NCBI RefSeq assembly: GCF_006345805.1
Contig: NC_043008.1
Coordinates: 54,560,001 to 54,624,000 of the forward strand
DNA length: 64,000 bases
Direction of reading: 5' to 3'
From: Octopus sinensis
Taxonomy: Eukaryota
Positions 52,125 to 64,000 of the stretch are shown piece after piece. A program made the translations under genes and the position numbers. The notes under the pieces are model-generated. The model was not told the origin of the DNA, did no database searches, and was given only the letters and a program-made list of their open reading frames with translations. The first letter of the stretch is position 1. Each line of letters begins with the position of its first letter.

Positions 52125-55100
52125 GACACACATGTTGGTAAGTTGCATCAATACATTAATTGGTGGAAATATTAAGTTATGTCGTTAAATTAAATCGGTA
52201 TCCATGATTTTGGCAGACCCCCCCCCCCACACAAAACTTTTGATTGCTGTCATTGATCATCTGCAGATCAATATCTGAACCCCCCCTCCTCACACATCCC
52301 CCCCCCAAAGCAAACAAAACCAAGTGAAAAGAAACCCCTGGTTTTGATTTCAATGTTTGTAACAGAATGGATTGTGTGTAAGGTCACCATCGTACAAGTG
52401 GCCATATATTAAATATCTCTTTCTTTCATTCTCTTTTTCCATCATTCTTTCTCTCTTTTCTATCACTCCCTCTCTCTCTTCTATCACTATTGCTCTCCTA
52501 ATTCTCTCCCTTCTATCTCTCTCTCTCTCTCTATTCTATCTCACTCTCTCTATTCTCTCTCTCTCTCTCTATTCTATCTCTCTCTCTCTCTCTCTATTCT
52601 ATCTCACTCTCTATTCCTTTCTCCTCACTCTCTTTTCTCTCATTCTTTCTCTCTTATCACTCATCTTTCACTTTCTCATTTCTATCACTGTTTCTATCTG
52701 TCTGTCTATCTCTGTTTATCTCCCTGTCTGTCTGTATCTCTCTGTCTGTCTGTGTGTCTCTCTGTCTCCCTCTCTCAGTCTCTCCCTCCCACTAGTCTCT
52801 TGTTCTCTCATTACATCTCTGTCTTCATATTTACCATTTACCCTGACAAGAAATACCTCTACTCATCAACACATCCACCCCACTGACTGATAAATGTGAA
52901 CGCCATATTTCTTCCGCTCTCATAATCCATTCCACAACGTAGGCCCAGTCCCCTGCATTATATTAGCTTGGACACCAACAGAATAAAAAATAAGGCGGCG
53001 AGCTGGCAGAAACGTTAGCACACCAGGTGAAATGTTAGCGGTATTTTGTCTGCCGTTACGTTCTGAGTTCAAATTCCGCCGAGGTCAACTTTGCCTTTCA
53101 TCTTTTTGGGGTTGATAAATTAAGTACCAGTTATGCACTGGGGTTAATGTAATCAACTTAACCCCTTTGTCCTTGTTTGTCCCCTCTATGTTTAGCCCCA
53201 AGTGGGCAATACAGAAATAAGAATAAAACCCTCTTTTTTACCCAAATATCTCACCAAGTGCCATGGTAGCAGCATCACTCTACCACTGCAGACCTTACCT
53301 CCATTTACCATTACAAACCCCATCACCTGCTGTTTGTTGTTTGTTCCTTCTCAAGCCATGCCTGGCTCGTAAGGGCCGGTTTCCCAGTTGCATTGGTGTA
53401 TAGGTTCCTCACCTGGATGGGACACTGGTCCGTCGCTGGTGAGCTACAAGATGCAGGAGGAAAGAGTGAGAGAAAGGTATGGCGAAAGAGTCAGCAGAAG
53501 TTCACCTTTACCTTCTGCCAGGGCCTCGTGGAGCTTAGGTATTTCACTCATAAACACAAACATCGCCCAGTCTGAGATTCTAACCCACGATCCTTCGACC
53601 GTGAATTCGCTGCTCTAACCACTAGACCATGTGCCTCCACTCATCACCTGCTGCAATCATCAAGGGTTCCCCTTTCTAATAATCTGGAGGATCTATTTAC
53701 AGAAGGGTCAATTTATCCCTAGAAGATATTTTCTCTATTGTAAGTGGTACCGTACACTGCCTGCACTTAGTCCCAAGTATAAGGTGGTTGATGGTCTGTA
53801 GGGCAGTACTTCCAGATGTAATAACCATAACCATGTTAAATCTTTTGATGCCAAACCGCCTGAGACTGACTGCTTTAAAGTGATCAGGATTTAATATCTT
53901 CCATTAAAATTTCATGGTAACCCTATTCATACAAACCCACTTATGACAGAACCCTGATTCTATGATACAAGCTTCTTGCTTTAAAGCGATCTAAATTTAA
54001 TACTTTCATCAAAATCTCATTTTATCGCTTTTGAGATGCCACCCCTTCCTTGGTTCCAGGTTACAAGCTTCCTGTTTTAAAAACTTTCCATCAGAATTTC
54101 TGTAAACCCTTTTCATACAAATGCACCTGAGACTGCCCAAGCTTCCTATTTTAACCGTTTGGTATTTAATTCAGCCATATTTGGCCCAAATATGCTACCT
54201 GTTTTATGTTCTAACCAGTCGGCTCCATCCTATCACACCTACCCTTCAATGCCATTCTAAAAATATACAATCACATCATCAAAATTTCAAAACTGTGAGA
54301 TAATGCATGATTAATACAAAACAATTACTCTTTTACTTGTTTCAGTCATTTCACTGCGGCCATGCTGGAGCACCACCTTTAGTCGAGCAAATCGACCCTG
54401 GGACTTATTCTTTGTAAGCCCAGTACTTATTCTATCGGTCTCTTTTGCCGAACTGCTAAGTGATGGGGACGTAAACACACCAGCATCGGTTGTCAAGCAA
54501 TGCTAGAGGGACAAACACAGACACACAAACATATACACACACATACATATATATATACATATATACGACAGGCTTCTTTCAGTTTCCTTCTACCAAATCC
54601 ACTCACAAGGCTTTGGTCGGCCCGAGGCTATAGTAGAAGACACTTGCCCAAGGTACCACGTAGTGGGACTGAACCCGGAACAATGTGGTTGGTTAGCAAG
54701 TTACTTACCACACAACCACTCCTGCACCAATGTGAATAAAAAAGCATTATATTTGACAGGGTAATCTGATAGTTAAGGGTTAAAGTGATCTCAATATTTA
54801 CCATCAAAATCTCATTTAATGATTTAGTTACCTGAGATCCTACCTCCTGGTTCTAGGGTACAAGCTTCCTGTTTTAAGGTGATCCAAATTAAAAATCAGA
54901 ATTTCATGTTAACCTTTTTACAAATGCACCTGAGACTGCTCAAGCTAAAACTTGCCGTGAAAATTTCATTTTGATTCTTTTGATGCCAAACAATCTGAGA
55001 CCATCCCTGATTGTATAGTTCAAACTTCCTGTTGTAAGGTGATATATATTAACGCCTTCCTTCAAAATTCCATGTTAACCCTTTAAATACTGACCCACCT

Positions 55101-56349
55101 GAGACAATCCTTGGTTCTCTGATACTTCCTATTTTAAAGGAATCTAAATTCAACCCTACCCATTTGATACTAATCTATCAGAGGCTGCCCTTGATTTAAG
55201 GAGATTAATTTTTCGTTTTGACGCTTTAGCATTTAATTTGTCCATATTTGGCCCAAATATTCTACCTCCTTTATGGTGAAACTGGATGGATACAGCCCCT
55301 CATTTCTATTCTACAAGTCAAATAAAGAAAAATTTATTAATTATTTATTTATTATATATATATTTATATATATATATTAATAGTTATCGCCATACTAATA
55401 TGGCAGTCTAAATATAAGACTAAAGCTGTTGCTGATTAGCTCCAAGAGGCCACCATCTCTAGCTAGCTATATGACACACGAACCTGCATCCATTACAACC
55501 TTCGAACATATATATATATGGAGGCGCAATGGCCCAGTGGTTGTTAGGGCAGCGGATGCGCGGTCGTAGGATCGCGGTTTCGATTCCCAGACCGGGCGTT
55601 GTGAGTGTTTATTGAGTGAAAATACTTAAAAGCTCCACGAGGCTCCGGCACTCTTCTCCCACTCTTTCTTCTGTTGGCCTGCTCGCTTAGCCAGCGGGGT
55701 GGTGTCATTCGAAGGCTAAAACAATGCGAAAGCATTGTGACCAGTGATGTGTAACTACATCTGATGGACTGGTCGGTCACGTGATGTGATATATATATAT
55801 ATATATTATATATATATATATATATATGATGAACTCCTTTCAGTTTTCATCTGCTAGATCCAATTTCAAGCTTTGGTTGCCCTGAGGCTATAGCAGAAGA
55901 CACTTGCCCAAGGTGCCACACAGTGGGACTGAACCTGGAACCATGTGGCAGGGAAGCAAGCTTCTTACCACACAGCCATGCCTGTGCCTATATATGCACA
56001 GTTATACACACCTACACCCATTCTTCTGTTACACAGACTAGTAATAGTAATAGTGGTGGTGGTGGTGGTGGTGGTTGTGACGGTGATGGCAGTGATAGTA
56101 GTAGTAGTAGTAGTAGTAGTAGAGATTTAGAGAACACTTTTATTTTCCACTCTGTCAAATTTTTCTAAGAGATTTAGTTGATTAATAAAGCACCTGCAGT
56201 ATTTGTCACCTGTCCAACACAGGTAAGAGGAAGTCCTCAATTGATAAAACTTTATAGAATTAAACATCAAAAAATACTTTCAACTGAGATCAGTCAGACT
56301 TCACCACACCTGCATATACAAACACCACAAATGTAATAATATATATATG

Positions 56350-56452
<103 letters not shown>

Positions 56453-56580
56453 TATGTATATCCATATATATATACATATGTATATATATATATATGTATA
56501 TATATATTTAAAAAAAATAAATTGAATATTGAATTATTATTATCATTATTGTTATTAGTATCTTCTTCTTTCTTCTTCTT

Positions 56581-56613
<33 letters not shown>

Positions 56614-56651
56614 TTATTATTATTATTATTAGTAGTAGTAGTAGTAGTAGA

Positions 56652-56708
<57 letters not shown>

Positions 56709-57356
56709 AGTAGTAATTTCATTTGGTAATAAATTTTTGATTTTATTTCATGTTTCCTATCTTTTACATTTAAGGCATTTAGTTTTATCATCATTACCAT
56801 TGTCACCACCACCACCACCACCACCACCACCACCACCACCACCACCACCACCACCACCACCCCACCACCACCACCATCACCACCATCACCCTTCAAGTCC
56901 TGTGTTTGTTTTACTGGACATTTTCCTGTGATACCTTTTTAATTATCTTGGTAATAAAATAAAATAAAACAAAATAAAAAGTATTTACCCGAACAAAAAA
57001 AAAAGCAGAAAAAGAGAGGGGGAACCCCCCACTCCCCCACTTCCCTCTCCTACGAAACAACAGAAGAAATGTATTTATATAAAATATACTGTAATAAAAT
57101 ACAGGCATCTTATAAATCAATATTCAATGGTTGGTTTGTGTGTGTGGTGGGAATTTAAACAGCTGTCAAGGAAGGGGGGGCAGGAGAGAGAGAGAGAGAG
57201 AGAGAGAAAGATGAGATGACATGGCGGCAGTGTGTTTCTGGTTGTCTTGGACTTCAACTTGAACCCCTCACCTCTCTTTTACAAGCATTCCAACTTATGG
57301 TGGTAACAGTTCACCAGTACTTTCCATGTACATCAAATGATAACTTACATGCATAC

Positions 57357-57461
<105 letters not shown>

Positions 57462-57502
57462 ATATATATATATATACATAATATATATATATATATAATA
57501 CA

Positions 57503-57558
<56 letters not shown>

Positions 57559-57559
<1 letters not shown>

Positions 57560-59625
57560 AAATAAATATAAGAGAGTGGTCACTATATGGCTCACTCTAG
57601 CACCAGTTAATCCAAAAGGTTTCAACCACTAAAAATACATGTTTCCCATGAAAGTCAGTACGATGTTAGCTCACACGGACAGGGCAAATAAAAAATAACA
57701 AAAATACAGATTATTTTGGGACAATTGTTTCGCTATTAATGAATTAAATGTAATTTTACTTACAAAAAAATCCACTTGTAGCTCATCGGCCAAAACTATC
57801 TGGATGAAATCCACTCAATCACACGCCAGATTTTACCATAACGATAAATACGCGTGTGGTTCAATTGATTACATCCGACGTTATAATTCAAATGCCCCAA
57901 CTAACAGCGCGCCAAACTTTCACGGAAAACAAATACAGCATTAGAAATAAATGCAGCATAATTATAATTAATTAATAAGGGTGAGAGAATTAGATACTAA
58001 TTAATAGTATATCCATTCAACACCAAGTGGCCTAGTGCTCCGAGAAACCGGATTATTATAATATTTTATAATATATTATTATATTTTTACAAAATAAATA
58101 TAAGAGAGTGGTCACTATATGGCTCACTCTAGCACCAGTTAATCCAAAAGGTTTCAACCACTAAAAATATCTGGCGTGTGATTGAGTGGATTTCATCCAG
58201 ATAGTTTTGGCCGATGAGCTACAAGTGGATTTTTTTGTAAGTAAAATTACATTTAATTCATTAATAGCGAAACAATTGTCCCAAAATAATCTGTTTTTGT
58301 TATTTTTATTTGCCCTGTCCGTGTGAGCTAACAATCGTACTGACTTTCATGGGAAACATGTTTTTTAGTGGTTGAAACCTTTGGATTAACTGGTGCTAGA
58401 GTGAGCCATATAGTGACCACTCTCTATATTTATTTTGTAAAAATATTATAATATATTATAAAATATATAATAATCCAGGTTTCTCGGAGCATTAGGCCAT
58501 TTGGTGTTGAATGGATATACTATTAAATTAGTATCTAATTCTCTCACCCTTATTAATTAATTATAATTATGCTGCATTTATTTCTAAATGCTGTATTTGT
58601 TTTCCGTGAAAGTTTGGCGCGCTGTTAGTTGGGGCATTTGAATTATAACGTCGGATGTAATCAATTGAACCACACGCGTATTTATCGTTATGGTAAAATC
58701 TGGTCGTGTGATTGAGTGGATTTCATCCAGATAGTTTTGGCCGATGAGCTACAAGTGGATTTTTTTGTAAGTAAAATTACATTTAATTCATTAAAGCGAA
58801 AACAATTGTCCCAAAATAATCTGTATTTTGTTATTTTTATTTGCCCTGTCCGTGTGAGCTAACAATCGTACTGACTTTCATGGGAAACATGTATTTTTAG
58901 TGGTTGAAACCTTTGGATTAACTGGTGCTAGAGTGAGCCATATAGTGACCACTCTCTTATATTATTTTGTAAAAATATTATAATATATTATAAAATATTA
59001 TAATAATCCAGGTTTCTCGGAGCACTAGGCCACTTGGTGTTGAATGGATATACTATTAAATTAGTATCTAATTCTCTCACCTTATTAATTAATTATAATT
59101 ATGCTGCATTTATTTCTAAATGCTGTATTTGTTTTCGTGAAAGTTTGGCGCGCTGTTAGTTGGGGCATTTGAATTATAACGTCGGATGTAATCAATTGAA
59201 CCACACGCGTATTTATCGTTATGGTAAAATCTGGCGTGTGATTGAGTGGATTTCATCCAGATAGTTTTGGCCGATGAGCTACAAGTGGATTTTTTTGTAA
59301 GTAAAATTACATTTAATTATTAATAGCGAAACAATTGTCCCAAAATAATCTGTATTTTGTTATTTTTATTTGCCCTGTCCGTGTGAGCTAACAATCGTAT
59401 GACTTCATGGGAAACATGTATTTTTAGTGGTTGAAACCTTTGGATTAACTGGTGCTAGAGTGAGCCATATAGTGACCACTCTCTTATATTTATTTTGTAA
59501 AAATATTATAATATATTATAAAATATTATAATAATCCAGGTTTCTCGGAGCACTAGGCCACTTGGTGTTGAATGGATATACTATTAAATTAGTATCTAAT
59601 TCTCTCACCCTTATTAATTAATTAT
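57559..59625. mobile_element. Array B: ~531-bp tandem hammerhead-containing element, ~1.15 + ~2.7 monomers in inverted arms, bounded by (TA)n
   Basis: The period is 529-532 (57559/58091 and 58171/58700/59231). Orientation switches at ~58169. HHR motifs lie at 57714-57795 (-) and 58205-58286, 58735-58816, 59265-59345 (+). Confidence 0.85.
58205..58286 (+). ncRNA. Type I hammerhead ribozyme motif of array B (U4C core variant)
   Basis: TTTTGG-CCGATGA-GCTA...TAGC-GAAAC-AATT-GTC-CCAAAA. Stem I is 6 bp, stem II is 4 bp with a long loop, and stem III is the palindromic ACAATTGT. Predicted cleavage is after GUC at 58280. Confidence 0.65.
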
Positions 59626-59639
59626 TTATATATATATAT

Positions 59640-59673
<34 letters not shown>

Positions 59674-59682
59674 ATATGTGTA

Positions 59683-59734
<52 letters not shown>

Positions 59735-60369
59735 ATATATATATGTATGCCCATTAACACATTCACGCACAGGTGCACAATTACACACATATATACACAC
59801 ATGTGCACATACACACACACATGTACACATTACTCACACACACACACATGTATATACATGCATGTACATATATATACAGGTGCATGCGTGTATGTATATA
59901 TATTTTTATTTGATCAAATTCACTCACAAGGCTTTGGTTTGTCTGAAACCATAGTAGAAGACACTCAGTAGTGGTTCGGCAAAAGGGACTGATAGAATAA
60001 GTACTAGGCTTACAAAGAATAAGTCCTGGGGTCGATTTGCTCAAATAAAGGCGGTGCTCCAGCATGGCCACAGTCAAATGACTGAAACAAGTAAAAGAAT
60101 ACTGTATATACTTGTGTAAAAGTCAAATTTTTTAGACTATTTTTTAAGGCCAAATTTATGGGGTCGACTATTACATGGATACTACTTATGAGGGGAGAGG
60201 CTGAAATTCAAGCTAAAATCAGAAGTACTGTATCAACAGCAGAAGCCCAAATGATCTCTAACCCTAACCCTAACAAAAGCACAATGAACTGCAGTAATAT
60301 TACCAATTCTGTGCATCAAACCATACGCCCTAGTAAGTACCAAAACCCATAAGCAAGACTGCGTAGTTC

Positions 60370-60775
60370 TTATAAATATTTGCACTTTCTCTTTTATTTG
60401 TGTCCATCAAACTTAACATACAAGGACTCCAAATTTGCCATCAAGATGTAGGACAAGATACTGTGATAGCCTGGGCTTCAGAGGCCCACAGCTCTTCAAT
60501 ATCCTCCCGAAGAACCTGAGAGACCTGCATGGGGTGGATGCAGATGTCTTTAAAATAAAACTGGATCTCTTCCTGTCAGGTGTCCCAGATGAACTAACTT
60601 CATGGCAGGAGGTGCAGATGAGGGCAGCTGCATCGAACTCTCTCATGCACCAAATAGCAATTGCTAAAAAGCATTCGTGAAGTAAAATCATGTAGCAACA
60701 CCAAATGGCGGTGCCACAGCATGGCCACAGCTTGTGAGCTGAAACCAGATAAAATAAAATAAAATAAAATAAATA
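60370..60775 (+). mobile_element. CR1/L2-group LINE 3' end with (AAAAT)n tail
   Basis: GPQLFNILPKNLRDL....DVFKIKLDLFLSGVPDE...RAAASNSL* is followed by a short 3' UTR and an (AAAAT)n tail. Confidence 0.75.
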
Positions 60776-60979
60776 CTAGCAGAGTGAAATCAATTCATAT
60801 CTCATTATTATGTTATATTACCAATGGTAACATATCTACTTGGTACCAACATGCCACTACTTACCGTAATACGGTGCATACAGCTGATACCTACTTGGTG
60901 TGTTTCAAAAAAGTTGCAGGATGTCATGTGCAGTTACCGGTAAATGTCCATAATATGGTGTAGAGTCATTAATCTGGAA

Positions 60980-61539
60980 CAGGGATTCCTAAGTGTGTTT
61001 TGCAAAACCCCAATGTTCTCTGAAAGTTATTAGGGGTTCTATCATCATCATCATCATCATCGTCATTTAGCGTCCGCTTTCCATGCTCGCATTGGTTGGA
61101 CAGTTCAACTGGGGTCTGGGAAGCCAGAAGGCTGCACCAGGCCCAGTCTGATCTGGCAATGTTTCTACGGCTGGATGCCCTTCCTAACGCCAACCACTCC
61201 GTGAGTGTAGTGGGTGCTTTTTACGTGCCACCGGCACAGATGCCAGACGGGGCTGGCAAACGGCCACGGTCGGATGGTGCTTTTTACATGCCAGCGGCAT
61301 GGGAGCCAGGCGAGGCTGGCAACAGCCACGATCGGATGGTGCTTTTTACGTGACACCGGCACGGAGGCCCGTCGGGGTGGCGCTGGCAACGGCCACATTT
61401 GGATGGTTCGCTTACGTGCCACCAGCACTGGTATCACAGCTGCAATTTCCATTGACGTTGATCGATTTCAATTTTGATTTCTATGTTTTTCAAAATAATG
61501 TTGAAGAATTCCGCAGCAAAAAAAATTTAGGAACCACTG
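60980..61539. mobile_element. hAT (Charlie-like) MITE interrupted by a SINE-like element
   Basis: Termini are CAGGGATTCCTAA and TTAGGAACCACTG, with a degenerate TSD. The right end plus flank is duplicated 196 bp downstream. Confidence 0.5.
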
Positions 61540-62248
61540 ATCTAGCGATTAACTAAATGTTATTAGGCTTACCAAAGTCATGACTCTGTACGAATTCATA
61601 GAGTGGTGCTTGCTGTTGTTTGCCGATAGTGCTGTCTGCGAAACACGCTTCTCACCATGTAAAAAGACGAGTGTATGACGCATGTTTATTGTATTTGGAG
61701 ATGAGGAAAATATAAAGGTCACATGGGAACCACTGATCTAGCGATTAATTGAATGTTTTTAGGCTAATAAAAGTCATGCCTTTGTATGAATTCCGACAGT
61801 GGCGTTTGCCAGTGTTTGCCAATAGCGCTGTCTGTGAAACACATTTCTCGCCATGTAAACAACGAGTGTATGACGCATGTGTTTATTGTGCTTGAAGATG
61901 TATGCAGGCTTGCAGCATATCCTGTGCATACATTTTAGTAATGGTGGTGTAGTACCCATCAACAGATATACAGTGCTTGCTATTAAATGGTGTTTTACTA
62001 AAGCACTGAGCATTCCATTATGAGAGCCAAGCATTCCACCTATGGAGCAGGCAACAGTAAGGTAGCCACACAATTTTGAAACAGTGTTATTTCTACGTTC
62101 AGGATAATATGGTACCTTGGCTCAAGTTGTTTCGTAAAATACTAGGGTCAACTTTTATACGGGGTCTATGGAAAATTCCCAATTTTTGGGCTAAAAATAA
62201 GGGGTTGACTTTTATACATGAGATCAACAATTACTTGAGTATATACGG

Positions 62249-62275
<27 letters not shown>

Positions 62276-62282
<7 letters not shown>

Positions 62283-62470
62283 TTAGAAAAAAACCACCTT
62301 TAATATTTTATACATTACATTATTCTTGTAATTTACTTAATCTTTACTTTTTAAATGTTATTTTAATTTTAACTTTTCTATTATATGTAATTTTCTAGAT
62401 GGTGTAATTTAATTATTCATTTTGAATTGATAAAAGGTGGTTTTTTTCTAATATTTTTTTCTAATATTTT
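62276..62470. mobile_element. Short divergent inverted Penelope-like end in (TA)n
   Basis: Arms are AAAATATTAGAAAAAAACCACCTTT and AAAGGTGGTTTTTTTCTAATATTTT. The right arm is the reverse complement of a homologue at 41250-41310. Confidence 0.5.
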
Positions 62471-63179
62471 ATATATATTATATTGTGTGGAATTTGATTT
62501 AGTATTTCTAAATTGAATTCTTTTCCTTGTAAGTTTGGATTTTATTCCCTCAAATAATAATTATATATATTTGGTTAATGAGAAATGGAAGAGTGAATGT
62601 ATGAGAATTTTTATTAGTCACTACAAAATTGTTTCGACCCATCTAGCATTGATCCCTCATGGGTGGGATTCTTAACAACTAGTTTAGGAGCATCTGACGG
62701 TGCAGATGTGTCTCTTCAGGTGTTAAATAGATATAACTTATCAAAATAACAGTTCTGCAATGTTTCTTCTCAGTTTGTGTAAAGAAAAGCAGAAAATTAA
62801 AGCATATAGCTTCATTTACATAGAGGATCAATAATGAAATAACAGATGCAAAAAAGATACAAACATGCAATACAGTGAAAAAAAGGATTAAATATAACCG
62901 TTAACAGATATGGATGTATAAATGCCCTCGCGTAGGTTGTATGGCACATGTGAACTCATTCATGCAATCATCCTCAAAGATCTAAACACCTGCATGTGTA
63001 CAGGTGATGTCAATCGAATGGAGGGAGTGAGCTTATGTCTACACAAACATATGATCCCTATAAAGAAATCATCTGTGTGCTTGTTCGGTAAGAAATTGTC
63101 GAACTCTTATACGTTTTCTAATGATGGGAGAGTCCATCATGATATATAGACATATACATGATATACATGATGTATTTCC

Positions 63180-63220
<41 letters not shown>

Positions 63221-64000
63221 TGTAGGAGTGGATGTGTGGTAAGTAGCTTGCTTACGAACCACATGGCTTCGGGTTCAGTCCCACTGGGTGGCACCTTGGG
63301 CAAGTGTCTTCTACTATAGCCTTGGGCCAACCAAAGCCTTGTGAGTGGATTTGATAGACGGAAACTGAAAGAAGCCCGTCTTATATATGTATGTGTATAT
63401 GTTTGTCCCCCCAACATTGCTTGAAAACTGATGCTGGTGTGTTTAAATTCCCATAACTTAGTGGTTCGACAAAAAAGACCAATAGAATAAGTACTAGGCA
63501 TACAAAGAATAAACCCTGGGGGTCGACTTGCTCGACTAAAGGCGGTGCTCCAGCATGGCCACAGTCACATGACTGAAACAAGTAAAAGAATATGGGCTTC
63601 TAAACAGCTTTTTATTCATCAAATTTACTTATAAGGCTTTGGTTAACCTAGGGCTGTAGTAGAAGGTAGTTGCCCAAGGTACCATCTTGGAGTGAGATTG
63701 AACCCAAAATGATGTGGATATAAAGCAAGCTAAAAAAACAGAAGGAGGGAAAAATATAGCAAACGAAACCTTTGAAAGTAAAATTTGCTCTCTAAATACC
63801 AATCAACTAATTAGTATTGAAGTCAGAGTAAACGATTTGATATAAATAAATTAAATATATTTAGAACCTATAGCTTTCAACATGTATATACATGCTCAGA
63901 TTAGTATGTGTGTGTGTGTATGTATGTATGTGTGTGTGTGTGTGGTGTGTGTGTGTGTGGTGTGTATGTGTGTGTATGTATATATATATATATGTATATA

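Larger units (their letters stand above)
60102..62248. mobile_element. pogo/Tc2-like non-autonomous element with nested LINE end, hAT MITE and SINE
   Basis: Termini are TA|CTGTATATACTTGTGTAA and TTACTTGAGTATATACGG|TA, with subterminal GGGGT(C/T)GACT motifs at both ends. Confidence 0.6.

Noticed and set aside
53830-55270. Degenerate ~100-bp subrepeats around a SINE
   Set aside because: An old repeat remnant whose boundaries and unit I could not define reliably by eye.
62610-62665. Minus-strand CCATGAG...TCGAAACAATTTTGTA as a hammerhead
   Set aside because: The 5' core is defective and the stems are weak.

Overview
AT-rich, repeat-dense animal genomic DNA, most likely Octopus (inferred from the SINE families and microsatellite load), with one 100-N scaffold gap. 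The only host coding feature I can support is a large + strand exon (48476-49947). It encodes the N-terminus of a castor/CASZ1-like transcription factor, and no downstream zinc-finger exon was recognised, so 49948-64000 is probably intron. The rest is microsatellites, several tRNA-derived SINE families, MITEs (hAT, mariner, pogo/Tigger, piggyBac-like, Merlin-like), an internally deleted Helitron with 23-aa STPR-like repeats, a mariner transposase relic and two LINE 3' ends. The most striking signal is a set of hammerhead-ribozyme (HHR) motifs. Two unrelated tandem arrays (479-bp and ~531-bp monomers, one type I HHR motif per monomer) sit in the putative castor intron. Each is built as two divergent, inverted arms that end in (TA)n. 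Several smaller Penelope-like/HHR remnants share this architecture. This looks like a retrozyme/Penelope-type ribozyme retroelement system targeting (TA)n. All structures were read by eye, no folding or database search was run, and assembly artefact has not been excluded.
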